From Candidatus Aenigmatarchaeota archaeon (lineage in GTDB: Archaea > Aenigmatarchaeota > Aenigmatarchaeia > GW2011-AR5), in contig JAGVVX010000007.1 in assembly GCA_018304565.1 (NCBI GenBank), positions 1 to 39,015 on the forward strand: a stretch of DNA of 39,015 nt, read 5' to 3'. The notes below the pieces were generated by a model. That model searched no databases. It was not told the DNA's origin and worked only from the letters and a program-made list of their open reading frames with translations. Positions 25,718 to 33,076 of this stretch are shown here, one piece after another. The translations under genes were made by a program, and so were the position numbers. The first letter of the stretch is position 1; every line of letters begins with the position of its first letter.

Positions 25718-25796
25718 TTGGCAAGAGCCATCTAAATAGGTTTCTCTGCCCGTGATTCGGAGATGCAGCTTCTCCCGAGATCAAGAACGATATGAT

Positions 25797-26207
25797 TTAG
25801 GCGTGCCTTGCTATTTTTTGTTTCGCCAGGCTCGAAAGTATCACGGCATTGACGCGTTTTTCGAGCTTCATTAGCCTTTCGTCCATCTTTTTATCTGCGT
25901 CAGAAGTGTTTTCCGGAATTTCTGTTTGTTTGCCGCTTTCCTCTGATGCCGCGATTTCAATCCTGCTTACGAAGTCATTGACCTTCACAATAAGCATGTT
26001 GACGTTCTCTGCAAGGTCTGAAACCCTGCTTATCATCTCGGAATTGACCTTTACGATGTCCTCAACCAGCTCCTGGTTGGACTTTATTATCTCAAGAACT
26101 TCCCTTATAGTTTCATGAGAAATAGTCCTTTTTTCAACTACTTCCATCTTCCTTTCCAGGCGCCTTATTGGGCTCAAGGGAACAAGTTCGTACTCTTCTT
26201 CGTCCAT
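25797..26207 (-). CDS. Coiled-coil protein of unknown function, first gene of the pilus-like operon
   Basis: 136 aa, E/K/V-rich heptad-like sequence. No family recognised. Confidence 0.5.
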   Translation of the reverse strand: MDEEEYELVPLSPIRRLERKMEVVEKRTISHETIREVLEIIKSNQELVEDIVKVNSEMISRVSDLAENVNMLIVKVNDFVSRIEIAASEESGKQTEIPENTSDADKKMDERLMKLEKRVNAVILSSLAKQKIARHA

Positions 26208-26215
26208 GACAAATC

Positions 26216-26296
26216 CCTTTCTTTTCTAAAAGAAAGGCCTTTGTATGCTCAAAGAACCAAAGGTTCTTTGGCATCTCAGAAACCTTTGGTTTCTGA
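26216..26296. repeat. Three tandem perfect hairpins immediately upstream of the pilus-operon start codon
   Basis: CCTTTCTTTT-CT-AAAAGAAAGG (26216-26237). ATGC(T)CAAAGAACC-AAA-GGTTCTTTGGCAT (26245-26274). TCAGAAACC-TTT-GGTTTCTGA (26276-26296). Confidence 0.7.
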
Positions 26297-26445
26297 AGAT
26301 TTCCCAAAGAAAATTCAAAGACCTTCCATTTTTTCTTGATATCTTAACTTAATTATTATAATCTCAGACGGTATATAAAGATTGTCAAAATTGTATAAAA
26401 TCAAAGAAATTGACTTTTTATTTTCTTTTGCTTTTAGTAAAAGAC

Positions 26446-26976
26446 ATGACTAAGCGGTATTCTGAACGCGATGTACACAGAGCATTGGCTGGATACCGTG
26501 CTCACCACGATTCTATAGTACACAGGTTAATTCCATTGATTCCGCGCATCATGGATACGGTTGCAACCTTCAATCAGGATTATATGATTGCTACACAAAT
26601 TGACAGGGTCACGCAAGGAGATGTAGAAGCAGGAACTCTTACTGAAAAAGGCTTTATGTGCACAGAATTTTTCGCATATGCGGGCGGTAAAAAACCTAAA
26701 GATAAACCTATGCATGAGGTTTCCCTTGGCATTTTGTTAGATGTAGAGAGGAGGCCATTTGTTGCTGTTTCATCCGCAAAAGAGGCGGCAGAATATCTTA
26801 TGTCCGAGTGCCAGTTAGAGAGGAATTTAGAAGCAGGAAAAATGTTAAAATCTCCGCATACATGGTTTTTATTGTACGAAGAAGCTGAAGTTTTGGAAGG
26901 TGTAGATTTATCTGCTTTTGGTGTTTCAGAAACAGGCACGACAACTTCAATAATCAAACAAAGGAAAAAGCTGTAA
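26446..26976 (+). CDS. Hypothetical protein (~176 aa)
   Basis: Long ORF, start moved to MTKRYSE. GGTATATAAAG TATA-like box ~70 nt upstream. No family recognised. Less K-rich than its neighbours. Confidence 0.5.
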   Translation: MTKRYSERDVHRALAGYRAHHDSIVHRLIPLIPRIMDTVATFNQDYMIATQIDRVTQGDVEAGTLTEKGFMCTEFFAYAGGKKPKDKPMHEVSLGILLDVERRPFVAVSSAKEAAEYLMSECQLERNLEAGKMLKSPHTWFLLYEEAEVLEGVDLSAFGVSETGTTTSIIKQRKKL

Positions 26977-26981
26977 AAGAA

Positions 26982-27380
26982 TTAGCGTTCAATCCTTCCA
27001 AATCTAGAAAACCTTATCCCTAATTTCCCTGCTGGTTCGATGACGGTAGTGCCTTCATGTTCGTAGGTTTGAAGCCAACCCTCTCTTTTTGCTTCACCGA
27101 CATACCGTTTTTGTCTTTCAGGCAATTCATTTAGCGGCACGCCAGCAAACCACCCTATTTTCCCGGCGATAAGGGTGAAATATGGCATCAGCGCCTCTGA
27201 TCCTGCAGAAGGCAAACCAAGGCCAAAGCAACTCAACCTAGCTATTTGACCGTCTGCCAAAGGCGTGCCATCCAAGTTATACATCCTGTCAAGTTCTCTC
27301 GTAGCATCGCTTCTGTAAACTGCACTAAAACCGTTTTTCGCTTTATCCAATGGAATACAGTCTACTGGCATTTGTCTCAC
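26982..27380 (-). CDS. Hypothetical protein (132 aa)
   Basis: ORF only. G/R/L-rich, locally higher GC. No family recognised. Confidence 0.45.
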   Translation of the reverse strand: MRQMPVDCIPLDKAKNGFSAVYRSDATRELDRMYNLDGTPLADGQIARLSCFGLGLPSAGSEALMPYFTLIAGKIGWFAGVPLNELPERQKRYVGEAKREGWLQTYEHEGTTVIEPAGKLGIRFSRFGRIER

Positions 27381-27395
27381 TTGGTAAGAAAGAAC

Positions 27396-29033
27396 CTACT
27401 CCATGTCTTCCATGCCTTCGCCGCCCGGCATGCCCGGACCGCCCCTGCCCATGCCGCCGCCTGACTTTGAAGTTATGACGTCATCTATTCTTAGTATCAT
27501 CTCTGCGGCTTCTGTGGCAGACTTTATTGCCTGCGTTTTTATCTTCAGCGGCTCGACAACACCAAACTTTTTCATGTCAGCTATCTCGCCGTTAATGACA
27601 TCGATACCATAGGATTGCTTCCCTTTGTCGTGCTGTGACCTAAGGTTTACAAGTATGTCTATAGGATCCTTGCCTGTGGATTCAGCTAATGTCCTGGGCA
27701 GTATTTCCAGGGCTTCTGCATAGGCGTTTATGGCCAGCTGTTCGCGGCCGCCAACCGTCTCTGCATACTCCTTCATCCTTCGTGCAAGTTCTATCTCAAC
27801 AGCACCGCCGCCATAGACGACCTTGCCAACTTCAACTGCCGCTATGATACCCAGCACAGCGTCATCCATTGCGCGCTTTGCCTCGTCCACAACATGCTCT
27901 GTCCCGCCGCGCACCAGAATGGTTACTGCCTTCGGATCCTTGCATTCCCTTATGAAAATCATTTCTTCTCCTGCTATCTTCTGTTCCTCGACAAGCCCGG
28001 CGAAGCCCAGGTCGTCTTCCGAAAGCTCATCAATATTGCTGACAATATTCGCACCCGTGGCTTTTGCAAGCTTTTCAATGTCGCTTTTCTTTACACGTCT
28101 TGCGGCAACAATGCCGTCCTTCGCCAGATAATGCTGTGCCAAGTCATCAATACCTTTCTGGCAGAAAACAACATTGCATTTCGCCCCTGCGATTTTCTTG
28201 ACCATATCCTTCAGCATCTTTGACTCCTGTTCCAGGAATGCCTGAAGCTGGTCTGGTGATGTTATTCTTATTTCCGCATTAGTTTCAGTTTCCTTTACTT
28301 CCAGTGCACAATCGATCAGTGCAATTTTTGCATTCTTAATCTTCTTGGGCATGTTAGAATGGACAACTTCTTTGTCAATTACAAGGCCTTTTATCAGCTC
28401 CGTGTCGTCTATGCTTCCGCCCTGTTTTTTCTCTATCTTTATGTTGTCCTTGTCTATCGTCCCTTCATTGTCAGAAACAATCTTTACCGCTTCAAAAGCA
28501 AGTTTTGCCAGGCCCTCTTTTGCAGTTTCGCTTCCTTTGCCCGTCATCGCCGTCATTGCTATCTTTTCAAGCGTGTCCCTGTCATTGATGTCTACAGTCT
28601 CGCTGATATCGTTGAGCAGTTCCAGCGCCTTCAGTTTCGCCAGCCTGTAGCCGCGTACAATCATTGTCGGGTGAATTTCCTGCTCCAGCAAGCCTTCTGC
28701 CTTCTTGAGAAGCTCGCCAGCAATTATAACCGCAGTCGTTGTACCGTCCCCTACCTCGTCTTCCTGGGTCTTTGCAACCTCAACAATCATCTTTGCTGCC
28801 GGGTGCTCTATCTCCATTTCTTTAAGAATCGTGGCGCCGTCGTTTGTTATCGTCACGTCGCCTATAGAATCAACAAGCATCTTGTCCATGCCCTTAGGGC
28901 CTAATGTAGTCCGTATGCTTTCAGCTACTGCTTTAGCTGCCATTATGTTCCTTGACTGTGCATCCTTGCCTGTACTGCGCAGGGTGCCCTCCGGCAAAAT
29001 GAATATCGGCTGCCCGCCAAATTGTCCTACCAT
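27396..29033 (-). CDS. ths: Thermosome subunit (group II chaperonin)
   Basis: 545 aa. GDGTTT ATP-binding motif, [16 protein letters not shown]-like segment, G/M-rich C-terminal tail. GGAGGA SD-like sequence upstream. Confidence 0.95.
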   Translation of the reverse strand: MVGQFGGQPIFILPEGTLRSTGKDAQSRNIMAAKAVAESIRTTLGPKGMDKMLVDSIGDVTITNDGATILKEMEIEHPAAKMIVEVAKTQEDEVGDGTTTAVIIAGELLKKAEGLLEQEIHPTMIVRGYRLAKLKALELLNDISETVDINDRDTLEKIAMTAMTGKGSETAKEGLAKLAFEAVKIVSDNEGTIDKDNIKIEKKQGGSIDDTELIKGLVIDKEVVHSNMPKKIKNAKIALIDCALEVKETETNAEIRITSPDQLQAFLEQESKMLKDMVKKIAGAKCNVVFCQKGIDDLAQHYLAKDGIVAARRVKKSDIEKLAKATGANIVSNIDELSEDDLGFAGLVEEQKIAGEEMIFIRECKDPKAVTILVRGGTEHVVDEAKRAMDDAVLGIIAAVEVGKVVYGGGAVEIELARRMKEYAETVGGREQLAINAYAEALEILPRTLAESTGKDPIDILVNLRSQHDKGKQSYGIDVINGEIADMKKFGVVEPLKIKTQAIKSATEAAEMILRIDDVITSKSGGGMGRGGPGMPGGEGMEDME

Positions 29034-29201
29034 CTCAAATTCCTCCTCTACAAGTCATTTTCTACATCTTGCACAAACTGTGCATGGAAGTATACGACCT
29101 AAAAGCTTAAAAATGTTACTTTTCCGCAAGTTTTAAGAGTGTAGGAACCATTCTACAAGCATGGCAAGCCACATGGAGACGGGACGAAATATACAGCCGC
29201 C

Positions 29202-29438
29202 TTGAATGCAGTCAGAGGTCAGTCCATGCTTGGATTGGTAACAGGCATCATTTCTCTAGAAGAGTATCAGGCGTTCGTTAGGCTGAGAGGCGATGCGAGA
29301 ACCGTGTCAAACGGCAGAGAGGTTCCTGTCTTGCCGTCAGAATGCGATGTTGCAACTACACGCAGAGTTGTCGGGAGGCTCATAGATACTTATGGATTAC
29401 AGGTTCCGGAAGGCGAGCTGGTTCTGAAACAGCTATAA
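29202..29438 (+). CDS. Hypothetical small protein (78 aa)
   Basis: ORF only, GC-richer than its surroundings. No motif recognised. Confidence 0.3.
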   Translation: MNAVRGQSMLGLVTGIISLEEYQAFVRLRGDARTVSNGREVPVLPSECDVATTRRVVGRLIDTYGLQVPEGELVLKQL

Positions 29439-29439
29439 T

Positions 29440-30330
29440 TTACCAGCCTTTGACGGCCCTGATTATGTCTCTTTTTGTCATGCTCTTTATTTCCCTTTCA
29501 TCGACCACCGGCAGCTCTATGTCGACTTTTTTCTTTGTTATCACCAGCACCGGCTTCTCGACGATCTCTGAAAACTTTATCAAGTAGTCTTCATTCTTCT
29601 CTATCTGTCTTGGGTTCTCCTCTGCGTCAGAGAAAACAAGGAATTTTTGCGTCTTTGCTATTATGTTAAATGGCGCTTGATGGACTAAGTCCGTGTCAAA
29701 ACCCATTCTTTGCAGGTCTTGTGAAATATCCCGTTCAAATCTTGTCAAAGGGCTGTTTTTTTCTTCTGGAAACTCAGTTTTCCAGAAGCTCATTGGGCTT
29801 GTTATCTTTCCTATCAGCCTCTCCAGCCTCTTGGCTGTATCCAAGTGCAGCAGCATCTTCTTCTTTTCATGTTCGTAAACGCTCTTTTTGGTGATCTTGA
29901 CCTTCTTGGCAAGCTGCGACTGGCTAAGACCTAGTTGCTTCCTACCTTCTCTTAGTTTTTCTGAGTCCACTTCCGCAAATAATCCGCCCTTAAACCTGTA
30001 TATTAGCGGCCAGTTGTCACGCACAAGTATGTTCTCAAGGGTCTTTGGCGTGAACGTTGGTATGTCAAATCTGTCGTAGACTATATCGTCGTAAAGGTTC
30101 TCCTTCCTTGTGTGCAGCCCTACAACGGCGGGAGACGCAAACAAGCTGCAGGCAAGTGTCTTCATGTTTGCAGCCTGCTCTTTCTGGAGCGAGTCAACGT
30201 TCTCAAGGACCTTAAGCAGCAGTATTTCAGACCTCTTGGCTATTATGTCAAAGCAGCCCCTGTACTCCGAGTAATTGTAGTCCGCTTTCTCAAGTATGCC
30301 TTCAACATCGTGCTTGAGCATAGTAATCAT
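29440..30330 (-). CDS. Archaeal putative transcriptional regulator with central XRE-type HTH (COG1395-like)
   Basis: 296 aa. HTH segment LGLSQSQLAKKVKITKKSVYEHE flanked by conserved N- and C-terminal domains typical of this archaeal family. Confidence 0.65.
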   Translation of the reverse strand: MITMLKHDVEGILEKADYNYSEYRGCFDIIAKRSEILLLKVLENVDSLQKEQAANMKTLACSLFASPAVVGLHTRKENLYDDIVYDRFDIPTFTPKTLENILVRDNWPLIYRFKGGLFAEVDSEKLREGRKQLGLSQSQLAKKVKITKKSVYEHEKKKMLLHLDTAKRLERLIGKITSPMSFWKTEFPEEKNSPLTRFERDISQDLQRMGFDTDLVHQAPFNIIAKTQKFLVFSDAEENPRQIEKNEDYLIKFSEIVEKPVLVITKKKVDIELPVVDEREIKSMTKRDIIRAVKGW

Positions 30331-30393
30331 AGTTACTTGTATACAGCATCTTTCTTAAAAACTTAAGGATCCTAAGAAGAAGCTACAGTAATC

Positions 30394-30649
30394 GGGCCGG
30401 TAGCTTAGCCTGGTAAGAGGAGAAACTACATTCCTGCGGAGAACGAAGTTCTCCGAGGTCTCAGAGAAGCTCCGCTTCTCTGCAGATCTCCCTCTACCCT
30501 CTTCCTAGAAAGAAGTAAGGTTGGAAGGAGAATAAGATATCTCTTCTGAGGAAAGAGCACCTGTCTTATACGACCTGTTCGGATAATAAACTGAATCCAA
30601 ACAGAACTAGGCTAGCAGGGGGTCGTGAGTTCAAATCTCATCCGGCCCA
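30394..30649 (+). tRNA. tRNA-Ile(TAT) with two introns: ~140 nt in the D arm (about 30418-30557, position 22/23-24/25) and ~43 nt at 37/38 (about 30571-30613)
   Basis: Acceptor GGGCCGG/CCGGCCC+A. D arm GCTT-AGCCTGGT-AAG|...|C. Position 26 is A. Anticodon arm CCTGT-CTTATA|...|A-GCAGG. Variable region GGGTC. T arm GTGAG-TTCAAAT-CTCAT. Spliced length is 73 nt. The canonical intron folds into a 10-bp hairpin. Confidence 0.65.
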
Positions 30650-30655
30650 TCCTTC

Positions 30656-30781
30656 CCTTTCTTTCAGAAAGAAAGGTCTGGATCAACCCCAAAGAAACCA
30701 TGTAATATCTTGGGAGAAGCTGCTTCTCCGAGATCCCGGAATCCAAAGGATTTCGGGAATTCCAAAAAGCCGCGCTTTTTG
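30656..30781. repeat. Four tandem short perfect hairpins in the tRNA-Ile trailer
   Basis: CCTTTCTTT-CAG-AAAGAAAGG (30656-30676). GGAGAAG-CTG-CTTCTCC (30713-30729). CCCGGAATCC-AAA-GGATTTCGGG (30735-30757). CAAAAAGC-CGC-GCTTTTTG (30763-30781). Confidence 0.7.
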
Positions 30782-30984
30782 AGAAATTTCATCCAAACTT
30801 GGGAAAAATTGAAAATTCCATTGCAGAACAACGAAAATTATTTATATGGCACCCAGTGATTAGTCACTTATTAAAAATAAAGTGGTGTCAAAAATGGCAA
30901 AGAGAAGAAAGAAATAATCCGATAAAGTCAAGATGAAGTCTAGAAACTGTTTAGAATATTGATATTTTTTCTTCAATCCCTGAC

Positions 30985-31485
30985 TTATCCAAGATAAGTC
31001 GTTTTCTCATCCTTGAATCTGAGCGTCTGCCAGCTCGTTGAAAGCTTTTTGCATACAGTCCGCAGTTCATCTTCCAGTTCATTATTCCAGAAGTCCCAAG
31101 TCTTCTTTATCCACTTTGCCGTCTCCCTTTCGTCAGGTTTCATGATGAGAAGGTTGTTTTCCCATTTGAGGACTTGTATCTTCTTGTAAAGCCTGAATAA
31201 CTTCTCCCTTTCAGCTTCAGTAAGCATGCTCTGCTCAAAAATGCCGGAAAAGGTTTCAGCCCCGCCTATGATAGGTTCAATTATTTTTTCGGTGAATGCG
31301 AAAAGTTTGTCAGATATCTCAAGTCTTATCTGCTCGAAAAGCTTTTCGTCTTTTTCGTCTTCTTGGAATTCTATTTTGAATGTGTTTTTCAATTCGTTCA
31401 AGTGCGGCAAATCAAATTTATCTTGCATTTTTTTGTATTTTTCGAGAATTTGTGGATTCATGTGATCAACCAGCGCTGAATTCAT
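30985..31485 (-). CDS. Hypothetical conserved-looking protein (166 aa, acidic, helical)
   Basis: ORF with normal composition for this genome. No family recognised. Confidence 0.55.
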   Translation of the reverse strand: MNSALVDHMNPQILEKYKKMQDKFDLPHLNELKNTFKIEFQEDEKDEKLFEQIRLEISDKLFAFTEKIIEPIIGGAETFSGIFEQSMLTEAEREKLFRLYKKIQVLKWENNLLIMKPDERETAKWIKKTWDFWNNELEDELRTVCKKLSTSWQTLRFKDEKTTYLG

Positions 31486-31565
31486 CGCTCCTTGCAGTTC
31501 TAAGTAACCAATAAACTATTAAAAAGCATTTTCCATAAAAAACCAATACAAACGGTGAATTTTCC

Positions 31566-32153
31566 ATGAAAATAGTGCTGAAAATAGGCGGATCGATTTC
31601 AATAAATGAAAACGGACCAGTTGAAGCTTACTTCAGAAAGCTTTTGCCAGTGATAAGACAAATAAAAACAAGGCACCGGCTGATTTTATGGAAAGAAGAA
31701 ATGGAATGGATAGCCATTGAGCTGCTGAGAGTGAATGTAAGGTTTCTTTCCTCGCTGCTCAATATGAAACCCCTGTACAGGTTGGAAGAAATAAGCACAA
31801 AAACAACCGGCGTTATAGGCGGCATAAAGCCCGGCAGGAGCACTGATGCAAATGCAGCTTACTGCGCGGCGAAGATAAAGGCTGATTTGTTCGTAAAACT
31901 TACAAACGTTGACGGAATTTACGATAAAGATCCGCGTAAACACAAGGACGCCAGGAAACTAGAAACGCTAAGCTTTGCTGACCTGAAGAAATTTTCACAA
32001 TCCGGGAAGCCCGGAAGTTACGGCATACTTGACAGGCTTGCAATAGAAACAATAACCAAGCACAAGATAAAGACAGTTATTATGAACGGAAAGGACCCGA
32101 AAAACATACTCAAACTAATCAACGGAGAAAAGATAGGAACTCTGATACATTAA
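31566..32153 (+). CDS. Amino-acid-kinase family protein, UMP kinase (PyrH)-like but lacking the Gly-rich loop segment
   Basis: KIGGS N-terminal motif, GGIKPGRSTDANAAYCAAKIKADLFVKLTNVDGIYDKDP core typical of archaeal PyrH. About 28 aa shorter than typical, and no VVGGG motif after residue 45. Confidence 0.6.
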   Translation: MKIVLKIGGSISINENGPVEAYFRKLLPVIRQIKTRHRLILWKEEMEWIAIELLRVNVRFLSSLLNMKPLYRLEEISTKTTGVIGGIKPGRSTDANAAYCAAKIKADLFVKLTNVDGIYDKDPRKHKDARKLETLSFADLKKFSQSGKPGSYGILDRLAIETITKHKIKTVIMNGKDPKNILKLINGEKIGTLIH

Positions 32154-32194
32154 CTGTTTCTTAAAAAGATTGTCACAATAAGTGTCTTATTTCA

Positions 32195-32285
32195 GGGCTT
32201 GTAGTCTAGCGGCTATGACTTTTTATTAGTAGAATACGCTACCCTCACATGGTAGAGATCCCCAGTTCGAATCTGGGCAAGCCCA
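32195..32285 (+). tRNA. tRNA-Val(CAC) with ~18-nt non-canonical intron between D stem and anticodon stem (about 32220-32237, position 25/26)
   Basis: Acceptor GGGCTTG/CAAGCCC+A. D arm GTCT-AGCGGCTA-TGAC. Then TTTTTATTAGTAGAATAC. Then G-CTACC-CTCACAT-GGTAG-AGATC-CCCAG-TTCGAAT-CTGGG. Confidence 0.75.
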
Positions 32286-32944
32286 TACATTTTCAAATAC
32301 TTTCTTTTTGAAAGAGCTTGTTTTATCCGTTTTTTATTTTTGAATCCTATATTTACAATATAATTGTGAATATCTTGTTTTCTTTGCAAGGATATGCGCC
32401 ATATAACCCTTCTTTTATAATCACGTTTTTTATTGGTAAAAGAATATATTGTAGGAGAAAATCCTAACATTTTTAATAGAGACTTTATTTCGTAAGCAAA
32501 AATTTTGTTTGTGCAGTTCCACGATAAAATCAGATAATAACTATTACCACTTTCACGCCAATATACAGTCCCATCTGTATCAATTAAACCACGTAAAAAG
32601 TTTTTACCACATATTTTACTTGAAAATACAAATTTAGGTACTCTAAGTTTATCTAACTTTGGGCCTTTTGGAAAGCCAGTCTTTAATAAAAGATTGTAAG
32701 TATTTTTACAAGCTATTCTTAATTCAATGACATTATAAGGATCGCCTCTTTTTACAATACGAAAAATATGGAAATCAAAAACTTTCGCATATAACTTCTT
32801 GACGTAATTGAAATATTGTTTCTCGGTGCTCGATGTTCCGTATCCGACTTCATTTGGTTTAGATGCAAGCCAACCATCACCTGCATGAATACCACATAAT
32901 TCAGCATAGTTTCCTATTAAGCTTCTATCGACTAATCTAACCAT
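32213..32944 (-). CDS. Free-standing double-motif LAGLIDADG homing endonuclease-like protein (paralog of 13670..14392)
   Basis: Motifs ELCGIHAGDGWL and FLRGLIDTDGTV. The last ~24 codons read antisense through the tRNA-Val body (stop in the D-loop). Confidence 0.85.
   Translation of the reverse strand: MVRLVDRSLIGNYAELCGIHAGDGWLASKPNEVGYGTSSTEKQYFNYVKKLYAKVFDFHIFRIVKRGDPYNVIELRIACKNTYNLLLKTGFPKGPKLDKLRVPKFVFSSKICGKNFLRGLIDTDGTVYWRESGNSYYLILSWNCTNKIFAYEIKSLLKMLGFSPTIYSFTNKKRDYKRRVIWRISLQRKQDIHNYIVNIGFKNKKRIKQALSKRKYLKMYGLAQIRTGDLYHVRVAYSTNKKS
32263..32287 (+). repeat. Direct repeat copy 1 (inside tRNA-Val: T-stem to 2 nt past the discriminator)
   Basis: CAGTTCGAATCTGGGCAAGCCCATA, identical to 33018-33042. 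Confidence 0.85.
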
Positions 32945-33017
32945 TTTATTAAGATTGATAAAATTTGATATAAACTTATAGCCTTTTTATTGTACAGATT
33001 TCAAGATATAAGCTAAA

Positions 33018-33042
33018 CAGTTCGAATCTGGGCAAGCCCATA
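33018..33042 (+). repeat. Direct repeat copy 2: orphan tRNA-Val 3' end fragment
   Basis: CAGTTCGAATCTGGGCAAGCCCATA, 755 bp downstream of copy 1. The two copies bracket the LAGLIDADG gene and its upstream region. Confidence 0.85.
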
Positions 33043-33076
33043 AAACCCTTAAAAACTCTGGGTTTATCTTGATACA

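Noticed and set aside
26216-26296. Hairpin clusters (also 30656-30781, 12615-12704, 3761-3810) as CRISPR arrays
   Set aside because: There is no constant repeat unit separated by unique spacers. Each hairpin has a different sequence, spacing is irregular, and no cas genes are present.
30885-30908. MAKRRKK micro-ORF as ribosomal protein L41e
   Set aside because: At 7 codons it is far shorter than known L41e proteins (~25-40 aa). It is kept only as a low-interest observation.
31142-31195. ATGATGA ... CTGA pair as a C/D box sRNA
   Set aside because: It lies inside, and antisense to, a plausible CDS. No C'/D' boxes or terminal stem were evident. Such short motifs are expected by chance in AT-rich DNA.
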